64,000 nt of DNA, from assembly GCF_006345805.1 (NCBI RefSeq), contig NC_042998.1, positions 188,356,001 to 188,420,000 of the forward strand, written 5' to 3'. Position 1 is the stretch's first letter, and each line of letters opens with the position of its first letter. Positions 25,539 through 39,021 of this stretch are shown here, one piece after another. The notes under the pieces are model-generated. The model saw only the letters and a program-made list of their open reading frames with translations. It ran no database searches and was not told where the DNA came from. This DNA comes from Octopus sinensis (Eukaryota). A program made the translations under genes and the position numbers.

Positions 25539-26874
25539 TATATATTTGCATTCAGGCAATCTTTATGAAAATCTTCATTGTTTTTAGCGTATTTGTACTA
25601 CAAAGAAACCTAACTGGGAGGAGTAGATGAACTTTTAGTTTAATATAATAAAAAAAATGAACGATAGATACCTGAATGTATCAGAATGAACAAACATGTT
25701 ATTATTCTATTGTAGATATTCCAATGATATGTCTAATTGTTTTCTTTTGATTAATATGACGATTTGATGTAATTTTATTTTTCTAAGTATCTGTGAGCAT
25801 TTTGTGAAGATGTTTGTGCCATAGTTGCTGTAAGATGTGCAACAAGAGATATTGTGAATTATATTATCTGAATGTCTGTTCTTCCATCCAGTAAATAGAC
25901 TTTAATTGTTTTCCCCATGCTCTATTATTTGTGTAAATTTAGTAAATAACACAGCTACTTTATGTTACTTATAATTCGTCAGGAATTCTTCAGACATATA
26001 TATGAATAATTTTTGGTTAATTATACAGAAGATGTGTATTGCACGATATCTCAAGAGATATGTTATAGACAATATGGGAAATATATCTAAAGCTGTGCTA
26101 CTGAGCAAAAGGATATTGAAAAATAACAAGCAATCGTAGCTATACTTTCGGCTTCAAAAGCTATAGGCATATAATGCTAATGATGTTGGCCTGTTTCAAG
26201 TACTTTTGGAAGATATTTAAAGACCACTGATATACTTATTGTCCTTTAGATCCCTTTCAAGATAAAGTCAAATCACCAATGCCCCTACATTCGTCCTTTT
26301 TATAACTAGTGATATTTATTAAATGTCAGCAAGATGAAATATTTTTGATAATCATTCATTTTTAAATGCCTTCGCCGTATCTTGTGTTCGGCTATGTTTT
26401 TTAAAGTCATATATATGTTATGCCTCTTTATTTTATGAATATGTATGTGTTATATTGTGTTTTCTTTCATGTAAATGAATGTATGTTCGTTGGTTTATTG
26501 TAAAAAGAAATAGAGTTCATTTATACGCTATGATTTATTATATTTCATAAGCTATTTATTAGCTTCATATCTAAAAGAATATGTGATGTAGTGATTGAAA
26601 CGGAGATTATAAAATTGTTATTTGTGCAAATTGTCATGAATTAATTAGAGTAAGAACTCAATACTTTTTCACATATCAAAGAATTTTCCACTATTAATTT
26701 CGTATTCTGGATATTCTAGAATGAACTAGACTAACTAATTTTCATGGGATTGCTTCCTCTTAAAATTTGTTGAATAATATGTTTGGAGAGTTTCAACAGA
26801 CGGTTAAAAGTTTAATACATTTATTCAGAATAAATAAACTTTATGTACAATAATTGATACAAGCAATGTATTAG

Positions 26875-27065
26875 TTTCAAATTTTGGCACAAGGCCAGCA
26901 ATCTCGAGGGAGGTGGTAAGTTGATGAAATCAAATCCTGTCTTCAACTGGTACTTTTTTTATCAACCCCAGAAGGATGTAAGGCGAAGTCGAACTCGGCA
27001 GAATTTGAACTCAGAACATAAGGACAAAAAGCCGCTAGGAATTTTATCCGGTCTGCTAACGATCC
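26875..27065 (-). mobile_element. SINE family B variant, diverged
   Basis: ttggcacaaggccagc..tggtactt..ggaatttgaactcagaac. Confidence 0.7.
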
Positions 27066-27367
27066 AGTCAGTTTTAGATTTTTCTGATTGTAAGTCCATC
27101 AACAGTAGAAGCAGATTTTCCCCTACGTCATTTATATTTTTGTAAACGAAGGGTGTGCATTGGTCATGTCTTAGATTTCTATATTCACAAATATTTCCTT
27201 TTACTAGATGAAAATAAACATTGATCAAGCAAAAAGAAGAAATAATTTTGAATAAGATGTTCGAATATCGAATCTAAGAAATGAGCCAATAAATTCGAAA
27301 TATTTTGGTATGAGGGAATTTTATCTCAGCTTTACTGACCCTGAAGATCTAAATACATTCTCACACA

Positions 27368-27430
<63 letters not shown>

Positions 27431-27442
27431 CATATATCATTA

Positions 27443-28231
27443 TAGGGCAAAGAATTATTAATTTGATAATTTATAAATTTTACCAAGTAGCTTCGGTATG
27501 GCAAAAAAACTTATGCAAAAAGGATTTTTTTATAATTATAAACATAATTAAAGGATTAGCAAAAAGTTGCTTCACCACATACCGAAAATTTAGAAATATC
27601 AGTCAAATCTGCTAATTCTTCTACTACAATATATCTCCACAGACAGCAATACTCGTAACTCATATAGGCAAAAATCCCTTAATTATGTTTATAATTATAA
27701 AAAAAAAACTTTTTGTATAAGTTTTTTTTCCATACCGAAGCTACTTGGTAAAATTTATTAATTATTAAATTAATAATTCTTTACCCTATATCTATAATGA
27801 TAATTTCATTCCCTGATAGCAAACTGCAGTTTTTTCTGCGGTACTATCTTGTGACGCACATGGTGAACTGGAGGAAGGGATGCGGAATTACTCGTCTATA
27901 TAAATTCGGAAATGCTATTTATCTTATGTTACGTTCGATGTCACTTGGTCGAGTGTTCAAAAGGTTAGGTTAGCATTTTCAAATTTATAATCTTGAAATA
28001 TCATGCAGAAGAAGGAAATGGATTTTACAATTCTAATCCCGAAACGCGTACATGATTAATCGAAGACTGGTTAGTTTCATTATTTTTTCTTCATTTTTAC
28101 CTATGTGAGTTACGAGTATTGCTGTCTGTGAAGATATATTGTAATAGAAGAATTAATAGTTTTGACTGCTACTTCTAAATTTTCGTTATATGGTGAAGCA
28201 ACTTTTTGCTAATCCCTTAATTATGTTTATA
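27443..28231. repeat. Nested inverted-repeat (foldback) structure, possibly Penelope-related
   Basis: Arms 27443-27557 and 27673-27788; the spacer recurs inverted at 28094-28231; related sequence near 63806-63990. Confidence 0.8.
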
Positions 28232-28427
28232 TATATATATAAACATTATTGTTTCTAAATCTCCCAACGAGAGACATTCAGTAACATTACTCTAGAGTAA
28301 AGATTATTTGCCAACAAAATAACAAAATGTGGCAATCCCGGTTGAGACGAATACTACTGTTATTTAGCCCCAGGAAACGGCGTCTCTAGCTGGCTGTAAT
28401 CAGTATGTCTTTTATGTATACACACGT

Positions 28428-28463
<36 letters not shown>

Positions 28464-28633
28464 TGTTAACGGGCCACTGTCGATTTTTTCTCTTACAAAA
28501 AGTTTTCCAACACAATATTCATACACTTTATTTCGAGATACACTATTCTTCCCCCGCTTTAAACGCGCGCACACACACGCACATATACACAAATACATAC
28601 CTACACACATACATACATATATATATATGTGTT

Positions 28634-28672
<39 letters not shown>

Positions 28673-28901
28673 TAGTTGAGAGGATTCGTTTGGAATCGAG
28701 GAACATCAACGCGTAAAACGCAATCGATTGGCTAAAAGAACACCAAACAAATGTCGAAATAATCCCTCTTCGTAGAAACCGTTATACAGAAGTGGATACT
28801 GTTGTTGCGTACTCAATTCCCGTTATTTATCATTGATCCGATTGCTGGGCGAACTCATCGTGTGACGCAAATATAATAATAAACAGATGAATGGAGCTTA
28901 A

Positions 28902-28962
28902 ATTTGCGACATTTGTTTCGCTCAAACACTATTTAATACTGTTTCTAGGTCATCAGGCGAAT
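28902..28962 (-). ncRNA. Hammerhead ribozyme-like motif (type I, probably impaired)
   Basis: Minus strand: ATTCGC CTGATGA CCTAG AAACAGTATT A AATAGTGTTT GAGC GAAAC AAAT GTC GCAAAT. Confidence 0.55.
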
Positions 28963-29244
28963 CTAAACATAGTCAACCACGAATGACCGATATTTCAACT
29001 TGTAGTGTTAAAGGTAACGGTGCTGATATATAAATCCAGCAAGTGCCTGTATTCAACCGCTGGCCAACAATTATACACACACACACACTCACAAATACAC
29101 ACGTATGTATGCATGTATGTATTCATGTATTTGCATCTAATGATATATACGCCTGTAATAATCTTCTGTTTATGCGTAAATTTGTAAACTGTCAACCATG
29201 TATGCGTACATTATATTGTCTACAATGTTCTTTATTTACTATAG

Positions 29245-29354
29245 CTTTAAATTGGAGCACATCAGCATTAGCTAACTACACATTCTATTCGGTTGATATT
29301 CTATTCAAAGACAAGAACTATATTCGTGGAATTGAATCTAATATCGAAGGCACA
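29245..29354 (+). CDS. Ret: Ret exon, CLD3 second half (ALNWSTSALANYTFYSVDILFKDKNYIRGIESNIEGT)
   Basis: Acceptor tttactatag, donor gtaagt at 29355; phase 1-0 bridges its neighbours. ILFKDKNY resembles RET VLVNDSDF. Confidence 0.78.
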
Positions 29355-31071
29355 GTAAGTAATATGTTTGACAAAGTTCAATACTCCTTATTTGCATATT
29401 GATAGTATACCTTTTTTACTCATATAAGTATTTTCCACAAGAAATATATATTTTGTTGACCACATATAGTTACATTTATACATATTCTAAATATATTCAC
29501 CTAATTTCTAATCTCTTTCTCTCATGCATTTCAACTATGTTGATTGGAAATATAACGAAGCATATATATATATATCATTCATCTACGGTAGTTGATTCAA
29601 CTTATATTAAGGCCGCAATTTACACGCACCATTTTTCAGAGCTTGCCGCTAATTCAGTTCTTAACCAAATTAAAAACTGTTAACATTTTTGAAGAGCACT
29701 GGTACCTAGCTATATTTTGACATAAAAAAAGTTTACATCAACATTTGTAACAACGTTATAGGAGAGTAAGTTATGCTACCAATCAAGTTTAGATCTAAAA
29801 AGTTTTCATTTTAAACGAAAAATATATTTATCTTAGCTTCAATGATAAAAGAAAGCATGAAGAATTTCATAGTATTGTTTCAATGCAACGAAAATTTGTA
29901 ACAGAAAAGTTGTGAGGTGAAATATCTTGAAAACATATAAGTAAAGCAAAAAATTGGATTTGAGTACAATTAACTTTTTATTTTAAAAACAAACCATATT
30001 TTAATTAAACTTAAATGATAGAGCTCAATTCGAGGAATTTCTTGGTATCAAACTCATGCAATGAAATTTTAAAACAAAAAAGTTATGAGTGTTTGTTTCT
30101 CAAATTTGAGGGTGATAATATAATTCTATACTTTTTATGAATATAGTTCTATAAGGAGACTTTTAATCTATGTCACCGGCGTCATTGAGGTAAGGAAAAA
30201 ATTACCAATGACACCGCTAATTAACACATTGATAGATTATCAATTAGTATAATAGCATAGTCTGGAATAAACATATTTTACATGGAAAAATGTGAGCAAG
30301 AGAAATAATATTCTGAAGATTATAAACCTGGAAAATTACAGGACAAGTTATTACACTTGGAAAAGTTCAGGACAACTTATTACATCTGGTAAAGTACAAA
30401 ACAAGAAAAGTTTAACTTAAAATATTGCAGCTAAGTATAAAATTTGACTTATTTGATTGTTATTTACGAAGTAACATTTTAATTAAAAAAGGTACCATCA
30501 TCTTTTTAAAATATTGACACACTAGAATACTTAAAATATGAAAGCAAGAAGTACTAATATACCTAAAGTTTTATGCAAAGTAGAATAGTATATATGGTAG
30601 GCAAATTCATTCTGTAAAAAGTAGGCATTGAGTCAAGACCAAAAATGTGAAGACTTGACAATAACTTAGGCAATAACTCAAGCAAATTTTACGGTGAATT
30701 TTCTTGTTATAGGTAGATTTTACTGCAATAGATAACAAACTTTTGTATTATTCTATTTATTTTACTAATTATGTACTATTATTATTTTTTATAGCCTATT
30801 TTTAAAATTCTAATCATTAATTAATAATTAAAGAAATGAATTATTTTAAAGCGCAAAAAATATTTTGAGTTATTTAAAATTTTTAATGGAAGTAACAAGT
30901 AATAACAAATAGAAGTAAAAAATTTGTAATAATCGTATTAGTTTTAAGAAAAGCTAATATTTTCTACATCTAAATATTTTATTTGAAATTTTATCCTTAG
31001 CTGCAATATTTTAAGTAAAAACATTTTTGTTCCGTACTTTGCCAGATTATGATACGTTGTCCTGTAATATA

Positions 31072-31485
31072 CTCTTTACTCTTTTACTTGTTTCAGTCAT
31101 TTGACTGTGGCCATGCTGGAGCACTGCCTTTAGTCGAGCAAATCGACCCCAGGACTTATTCTTTGTAAGCCTAGTACTTATTCTATCGGTCTCTTTTGCC
31201 GAACCGCTAAGTTACGGGGACGTAAACACAGCAGCATCGGTTGTCAAGCGATGCTGGGGGACAAACACAGACACACAAACATACACACACAAACACACAT
31301 ATATATATATACATACATATATACGACGGGCTTCTTTCAGTTTCCGTCCACCAAATCCACTCATAAGTCTTTGGTCGGCCCGAGGCTATAGTAGAAGACA
31401 CTTGCCCAAGATGCCACGCAGTGAGACTGAACCCGGAACCATGTGGTTGATAAGCAAGCTACTTACCACACAGCCACTCCTACGC
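31072..31485 (-). mobile_element. SINE family A
   Basis: Homology to other copies. Confidence 0.92.
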
Positions 31486-31854
31486 ATACCAACCACATGG
31501 TTGGTATATATATATATATATATACAATTGATCATAAGAATAAAATTATCAAATAAAAGAATCATAAATGTTTAGTACTTTTAGGTACGTATTGCCTAGA
31601 ACTGTTTTCATTATAATGTGTGTGCGTGTGGTGCAAGAGAGAAACAGAGAGAAAGGGGGGGAGTGTGTGTATGTGTGTAGGTAGTTAGAGAAAGACAGTT
31701 CTGCAATTTCTTGCTGAAAACTAATTTGTCTATAGAGATCAAATGTGTGCAGTACATTTCTAGCTCACTTCCTCCTTAAAATCGTGCGTTACCTGAACAG
31801 TTGCACGGTGTGCCACACGTTAGGTATCGAAGTGATCGCGGATCAACGTGAGAC

Positions 31855-31950
31855 TTAGTGTTTTGCAAGATAAAGCAATGCAACACCCGGTCCAGGAATT
31901 GAAACCATGATCTCGCGGTCGTGAGTGCAACTCACTAACCACTCGGCCAT
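31855..31950 (-). mobile_element. tRNA-like SINE head of a third family
   Basis: Minus strand ggccgagtggttagtgagttgcactcacgaccgcgagatcatggtttcaattcctggacc; similar to ~39490-39570. Confidence 0.55.
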
Positions 31951-32131
31951 TCCCTCTCATACTTACACACACACTCGCATGCATGCGTGGTGCACACACA
32001 CGCACATGTATCCACCTGTTGTTCGACTAGTTTTCAAACGGTAGCTATCATGTCTTAGTATCTGTTACATCACAGTCGGGATGCTACTTCGAATTTCCCT
32101 TTACCGTTTTAAAATACATAACTGGATAATA

Positions 32132-33406
32132 TTGGGTTGGCAACTAAGTTCCCGCCAATTTTTTAAAATTAAAATTTAAAAAAAAACAAAACTAATTAAT
32201 CAATAATGTATTCACCCTTGTTGCTTACAACTTCTTCCCAACGTTCAACAAGATTTTCAATACCTCGTTGGTAGAAATCACCCGATTTCAACTCGAAAAA
32301 TTGATCCAACCAAGCTCTCAATTCTGCATCAGTATTGAACGAAATTTCGCGTATAGCATTTGAAAGAGATCGAAAGAGGTGGAAATCCGTTGGTGCCAAA
32401 TCAGGAGTACGGCGGGTGTAGCAGCACTTCCCAGCCATGCGTTTGAATGGCTTCCTTGGTCATATTGGCTATATGAGGGCGGGCGTTGCAGTGCAGCAGA
32501 AGAACTCCATGCTGCCGATTAGGTCTTTTCTCTTGAATAGTCGTGTTGAGTCGTTCCATCGTTTGAGCATAGAGTTCCACGTTGACCGTTTGGTTCCGTT
32601 CAAGCAATCGTAATCGATAATCCTTTCCCAGTCTCACCACACGTAACAACATCGTTTTACGCGGATGATCTTGTTTCACGCGCGGTGTCGCTTGTTTACC
32701 GGGGCTAAGCCATTCCTTACGCTGCTTCATATTGATGTACAGGCACCATTTTTCGTCGCCAGTAACGATTCGGTAAAGAAATCGTTGCTTGTGTCCATGA
32801 GTTCAGCGGTGACGAGCAAGGAAACCAGCGGAGATTGTGTCTCGTTGATTTTTGTTGTTGTCACTTAAAGCATGCGGAACCCATGCCCCATACTTCTGAA
32901 CATTTCCCATCGAGTGAAGATGCTTCTTTATAGCAGTGTGGGAGCATTCCATTTTCTCTGTTAGTTCCCTTGTCGTTTGATGAGAATTTTCGTTCAAAAG
33001 TTGGTTTAATCGCCCTTCATTGAACTCAACTGGACGGCCAGAACGAGGTGCGTCTTTGAGGTCAAAATTTCCATTTTTGGACTTGGCATACCAACCACGA
33101 GCGGATCTTTCAGTTATAGGTCCCTCTCAATACACAGCACAAATGTCTCAAGCAGCTTTTACGGCCTTAGAACCTTGATTAAAAGCAAAAAGATGTCGAA
33201 AATGCTCGTTTTTCTTAACTTGACATTCCATTTTAATGATCTGAAAATAAACAAAAATTAACTAAAATTAACTAGAACAAAACAAAACAAAACAAAATAG
33301 ATTCCAAAATGATTAAGAAATAGAATTCTCGAAAAAAATAGATAAATTTAAAAACGCAATAAATTACAAAATAAAAAAAACAGTGGGAACTTAGTTGCCA
33401 ACCCAA
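32132..33406 (-). mobile_element. Full-length (1275 bp) decayed mariner transposon with TIRs and TA TSD
   Basis: TIR ttgggttggcaactaagttccc at both ends, flanked by TA at 32130-31 and 33407-08. Confidence 0.95.
32196..33231 (-). pseudogene. Mariner transposase pseudogene
   Basis: MECQVKKNEHFRHL.., WVPHALS, LLHPPYS(P)DLAPTDFHLFRSL; split over three or more frames. Confidence 0.92.
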
Positions 33407-33989
33407 TATGAATATATTTGTCCGACTTTAAGACGTTCATGCAAAATTTGAAGTACGATAACGGAAATCTATCACGCTTCCATATACACACTTAGACAAT
33501 TTAGTTGACTCATCCCCTGTGCTACTAACTAACACACTCCTGTCTCCAAATCACGGAATTAAAGCCTACTAAACTGGATGGACCACTACAGTATTTATGA
33601 AATTTACACAGAATACCTTGGCATATATTCAATAAGGTCAATAACGACATAACACACATATGTACTATTATAATTGCAAGCGATATCATTAAAGTTTTTA
33701 ACTTCATTTCACGTTCCCCACTTATATCCCAAATCTTAAACGTCTACTAAAGAAATAACGCAAGCATTTGTTTTCTCTTATATCAAGGTACTGCTATGTA
33801 CAAAAACAATATTTCCCCCCAGAAAAGAAGGATGCGCTGACAAAATGGAATGCCTTTGATCATAGGTATGCTCAATCAGGGGCGAAGAAACAAGGAAAAA
33901 ACAATAGTAATAATAGTAATCTCTTTTGTTACCAAAAATACTAGCAATCTTCAAATACAACCAACCATCATATCCATGCCCATAAACAT

Positions 33990-34720
33990 ACCATACACAA
34001 AGAAATACCAAAATACTAGTAGTTAATATATAGGAACCCCACTCATACGCAGTACATATGTAGACTATAATGAACGTCGTCCAAGTGTATCTAGAGCACT
34101 AAGACGTACCAGACTTAACCAATAGAAAAATATAACGATAATGATGTACAAATAATATATTAGACCCGTCGTGGATTATGTCAGCCATAGCTAGGTCTGC
34201 ACCAAACCACAGTAAACGACAAAATCACAAAGCACATCTTACATCATTATTGGTTAATACAGACCACACTCAATTATAGGTCGAACACAGGCTATGCGTA
34301 CAACGAAACAAATGAAAGACTATCTAGAACTGCAAAGGACATGACAAACAACCCGGGACACTGCTAGAATATTGCCCTAAAATCTTTATATCTCGCGCTT
34401 TGCCCAGACGAATATAAAAGGATACATTTACATTGATGTACTGCAACATTGATTCTCTCATTAATCCCAAGTACTCTGTTAGTATTGACACTAACAATAA
34501 CTTGTACAGCATACTTCTCACTCTGACCGAGATCATTTTGTTCTGTTGCGGCCACTGTTCAGTCGAGCTAAACGGTGCAACCTCTATGTAGTCACTCAAG
34601 TTGCCAGAAATAACTGCCAGATCATCTTCAAATCACACTCTGTTAAAAGAACAAGAGTAGACCATTGGATAATGTTGTGGATGAATTATCTAAAAGAACA
34701 AAGTGGTCCCAACCTAGAAA
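33990..34720 (-). mobile_element. Highly decayed R4-like non-LTR fragment
   Basis: Weak motif-level resemblance to the zinc-knuckle/endonuclease region only. Confidence 0.35.
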
Positions 34721-34774
34721 ACTATGAATGTAGGCGTTCAGAAATAAAGTGGGTATTGTAGAGTACAGATTTAT

Positions 34775-35161
34775 CTTTTACATGTTTCAGTCATTGGGCT
34801 GCGGCTATGTTGGGACACCGCCTGGAAGATATTTTAGTCGAGCAAATCGATCCAGCTCTAATTTCTTTAAAGTTGGGTACTTATTCTATCATTTTCTTTA
34901 ACTGTTAAGTCTGGGGGACGTAAGCAAACCAACACCGGTTGTCAAGCTGTGTGTGTTGCAGTGGTGTGGGTAAAAAAAATGACATAAAGACCCAAGCATA
35001 CACATATACGACGGTTTTTTATACAGTTTCCATCTAAGAAATTGACTCACAAGGCATTGGACGTCCTAGTGTTATAATAGAAGACGCCCACGGGACCATC
35101 GCGGTGGGACTGAACCCGAACTACGTGGCTGCAAAGCAAGTTTGTTAACCACACAGCCATA
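34775..35161 (-). mobile_element. SINE family A, diverged
   Basis: tgtttcagtcatt..gcggctatgttgg..gggactgaacccgaa..cacacagcca. Confidence 0.75.
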
Positions 35162-36371
35162 TCTGAAATCCAATGCAAATACCCATTGTATTTCGGATTG
35201 TGCGCTATGGTCCTCGACTAAAAGGTAACATGAATATCTATAATAATTGATGTGTGTTTAATACAACTTGGAGGCTGTAGCTCTGCTCGATCAGAAGTGA
35301 CTTTAGGCATAAACAACAACAACAACAACACTTGTTAATTTGCATGAAATGTTCGTTATTATACCTAGAGAAAAATACATATTAAAGAAACATATTACAC
35401 ATTAGCATAGATTTATTTCTAACGAAAAGTGTTTAATAAAAAGAAAAGAAAAAAAGTCATTCGGTTATGTGCTTAGTCGTATCTTCGAAAGACACTGAAA
35501 ATCTACAATATTTAGTACTTATACTGGTGTTGTTTACTTCTGCATCGTACTGGCAATGCTGGGCGTTATATTTTTATTATTATATGCAAATAATCTATTA
35601 TTTCCCGTAATACAAATTAGCCACATATTGTGTGCTTGAATTAAATTTGAAAGAGATAAGGCTAGATAAGAAAAAAAAATGAATGGGAAAATAGTTTGTG
35701 TTCTTTAGGATACTGGAGTATTTGCACTAACATAATATCACAAACTCTTATCTGGTTTGGGGTAATTCAACCTAATCTCGACTGAATTCCCATCGGTTTT
35801 TCTTCTTTAAGTGTGGGGAAATAACTTAGTGGTTATGGTATGGGTATTCTATGGTAATGACATCAAACTACTGCAACCCTGGCAGCGAAATACTAAATAC
35901 GATAATAGTACAGTTTATCTAACTCAATGAAATATTGGCTCGATCTAATACTATGTAACTTTGCTGAATGTATAAATAGTACTGCGTCCAGTCTAGTACT
36001 TTGCGAGCTAAGTTATCATTACTGACCTATATCCAGTATTGTATAATCTGAACTATATGAACTAGTTCAATAGACCTCAGCTCCCTGTACTCCTTTCTAT
36101 GAAATATTTAGTAAGAACAGAAGGTACATTTCAAAATTTCCTGTGGGTCTAGTATCAGTGTTTGTCTTTTCGTGAAGTTTAACCGATTGAAAACAAATGA
36201 TCTGGATCTGAAGCAATTATACTACAAGCTAATGATGCAAAGATATTGTGTGTGCTTCGACTGAAAGACAGTGTGAGAATGATACGATGTCAGGTTTTAC
36301 ATTCAAATGTTTTTATACGAGACATTAAATCCAGCATGCCTTATAAACTGCATCTTGCGCTGCTGTCACTA

Positions 36372-36386
36372 CTGTAACAACAACAG

Positions 36387-36438
<52 letters not shown>

Positions 36439-36481
36439 CACCACCACGATCACCACGACGACCACGACGACTACCACCACT

Positions 36482-36518
<37 letters not shown>

Positions 36519-36601
36519 AACCACCACCACCACGATCACGACGACGACGACGACGACGACGACCACCACCACCACCACTACCACCACCACTACTACTACT
36601 A

Positions 36602-36632
<31 letters not shown>

Positions 36633-36633
36633 T
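36372..36633. repeat. Compound (TAC)/(CAC)/(GAC) trinucleotide repeat
   Basis: Directly visible. Confidence 0.95.
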
Positions 36634-38109
36634 AGTAGCAACTGCTGCTGATAGTAGTAATAATACTTTCACAGCCGCAGGTGCTCTCAGATAACAATAA
36701 CAGAACGCCCTCGCATTAAAAACATACTAAGTGAAAATGATAACAGCAACAGTAAAAATCACTAACAACATTATCAGCTAGAAAACAAGAACATTATCCA
36801 ATTCGGACTTTTTATTCGATGTAATCATTATGTCTTTTATGTATACATACGCACTCACTCACACACACACTCACCCAAACACACACACACGCACACAGTT
36901 AGACACACATATTTACTGACTCCTACGCCTTCTACAAGTTTTTGTATTCTGTGACAGACACCACACTGTTTTATGCCTACACTTCACCCATAACACTGCA
37001 TCTCGATATTCCATGTCAGTCTGCAATTCAATTCGTCTCTAAATGAATGGTAGCCCAACCCCTACTGTCAAACTGTCCTACAGCTTTATTTTATTAAATA
37101 TTACCCTACACATTTCAGCTACGTCAGTCTCGTAAGTTTAGTAAGTAAGATCTGCGAAGGTCATGGTCATTGGTTCTGTCTCTAGATTAAATATAGCTCT
37201 ATAATGCGAGTGCTCCTTACAATGCTATTTCAAATCAATCGTCTTAATTCTACTAAGTCAGTATGTCCAGGCCATAGTCCCAATCTACTGTACCCACCAC
37301 ACAAAAACGAATTGCTAACCACCACACAAAATCTTTTTGAGGTTACTTCATCTTATAACCAACTAATTTTAATTACCTCTGACCTGAAACTTGCAAAACC
37401 ACCCACAATTTTCCGCTTATATCTAATTACCAGAAACTCAAACTCCATTCTTATTATGTAACCAGAACGCACATACGCACGCATACACACACTCATATAA
37501 ATACAAACATATATAAAAGAGAGAGAAATGTAAACACAAAAACCATGTATGCTTATAACACACACACACGCACACACATGCACACACATGCAAACATACA
37601 TATTGTGTGTGTCTTAGAAAAATATTTCTCAAATGTAAAACAGAACAGTAATGCACACATATAATAAAATGAAATACAACGCATAGTCAAGTCGGACTGA
37701 CTTCAAAGACTGAAATAACATGGTGTATCTCTAAAATATTTCCTGTTTAATGACACCAGGTTGATGTATTTGATAAGAATCCGTTGGATGGAAAGAGGTG
37801 AATTTGTTTTCTCTTGAGGAAAGATTAAGCATTGCACAACAGGTTTTTATAACAAGTTCTCATGGTGACAGCAAGTTATAATGATCAATATACACACACA
37901 CACATATATGTGTGTGTGTATGTGTGAATACTTCTGTATGCATGTTTGTAAGTCTATGTCTGTTTGTCTGTCCCCTTATCTAAAAATAAATACTTTGGTT
38001 AAGTATCATCTGCTACAGGCACAAGGCTACCAAAGCCCTGTGATTGAAATCGCTAAGGAGAAACCGTTTCAAAGCCCGTCTCATATATGTATGCATGTAC
38101 GTTTTTACG

Positions 38110-38153
38110 TATGTATGTATGTATGTATGTATGTATGTATGTATGTATGTATG

Positions 38154-38182
<29 letters not shown>
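38110..38182. repeat. (TATG)n microsatellite
   Basis: Directly visible. Confidence 0.95.
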
Positions 38183-38187
<5 letters not shown>

Positions 38188-39021
38188 TGTACGGACAAAG
38201 AAAGGTATACTGAACAGCATAAAAGATTAATTAATAGCATAAAAGGTTCATTTAAAAAAATTTAATTTGCGAACTCAACATTCATCTGACAATGATTTGC
38301 CACCTTCACCTTTTTAGGCTAACAACACCTGTGTAGTGTGTGAGGAGATGTGTCGGAGTTGCTCTGGTATTAAAAGGTCCATGAATGTGCATAACATTAT
38401 AAGTAAGCTATACATACCCTGCAGAAATTTTCATGTTTATTTCATATATTTCAAGCTCTGCGGGTCAACTTTTGGTCTTACGAGTCATCTCAGAATATAC
38501 GAGCGCAATGGAGATTATTACTACGATGTGCATTGAGATGGCTATCACCTGTCAACAAGAAACGATCATTCACAGTATTTTGCCATATATATTGTATATA
38601 CGCCACTATACAGTGAATGGCTTTCTTCGGGGTTCGAATATGCTCAAGCATATTTCAACTAGTATCAAATTCGTATTTATACTCATCATTGTTTAGTGCT
38701 ATCACCCTCTATTGGGTGAATAGCGCTACCAAGCACTGAACGATGACGAGAATATCATAAGAAGGGCCTGCTTCTGGTGTCAGTTCGCGGCGTCTATCCT
38801 TTCGTTCTCTATTGCTAAGAAAGAGATTGCCACTCCAAAATGCCTGCATCGAACAGTCTTGTTAGAGGAAGTTGTGGTCGTTGCATTTACACATTTTTTA
38901 GCTACAGCGAGACATTTTCTCCGTGACAAACTAGTGAATGACTTTCTTACGAGTTCGAATACGCCTCAAGCATATTTGAACTAGTAACAAGTTGATATAT
39001 ATATATATATATATATATATA

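Noticed and set aside
31855-31950. tRNA gene
   Set aside because: Only A/B-box-like remnants with no complete cloverleaf; interpreted as a SINE head.
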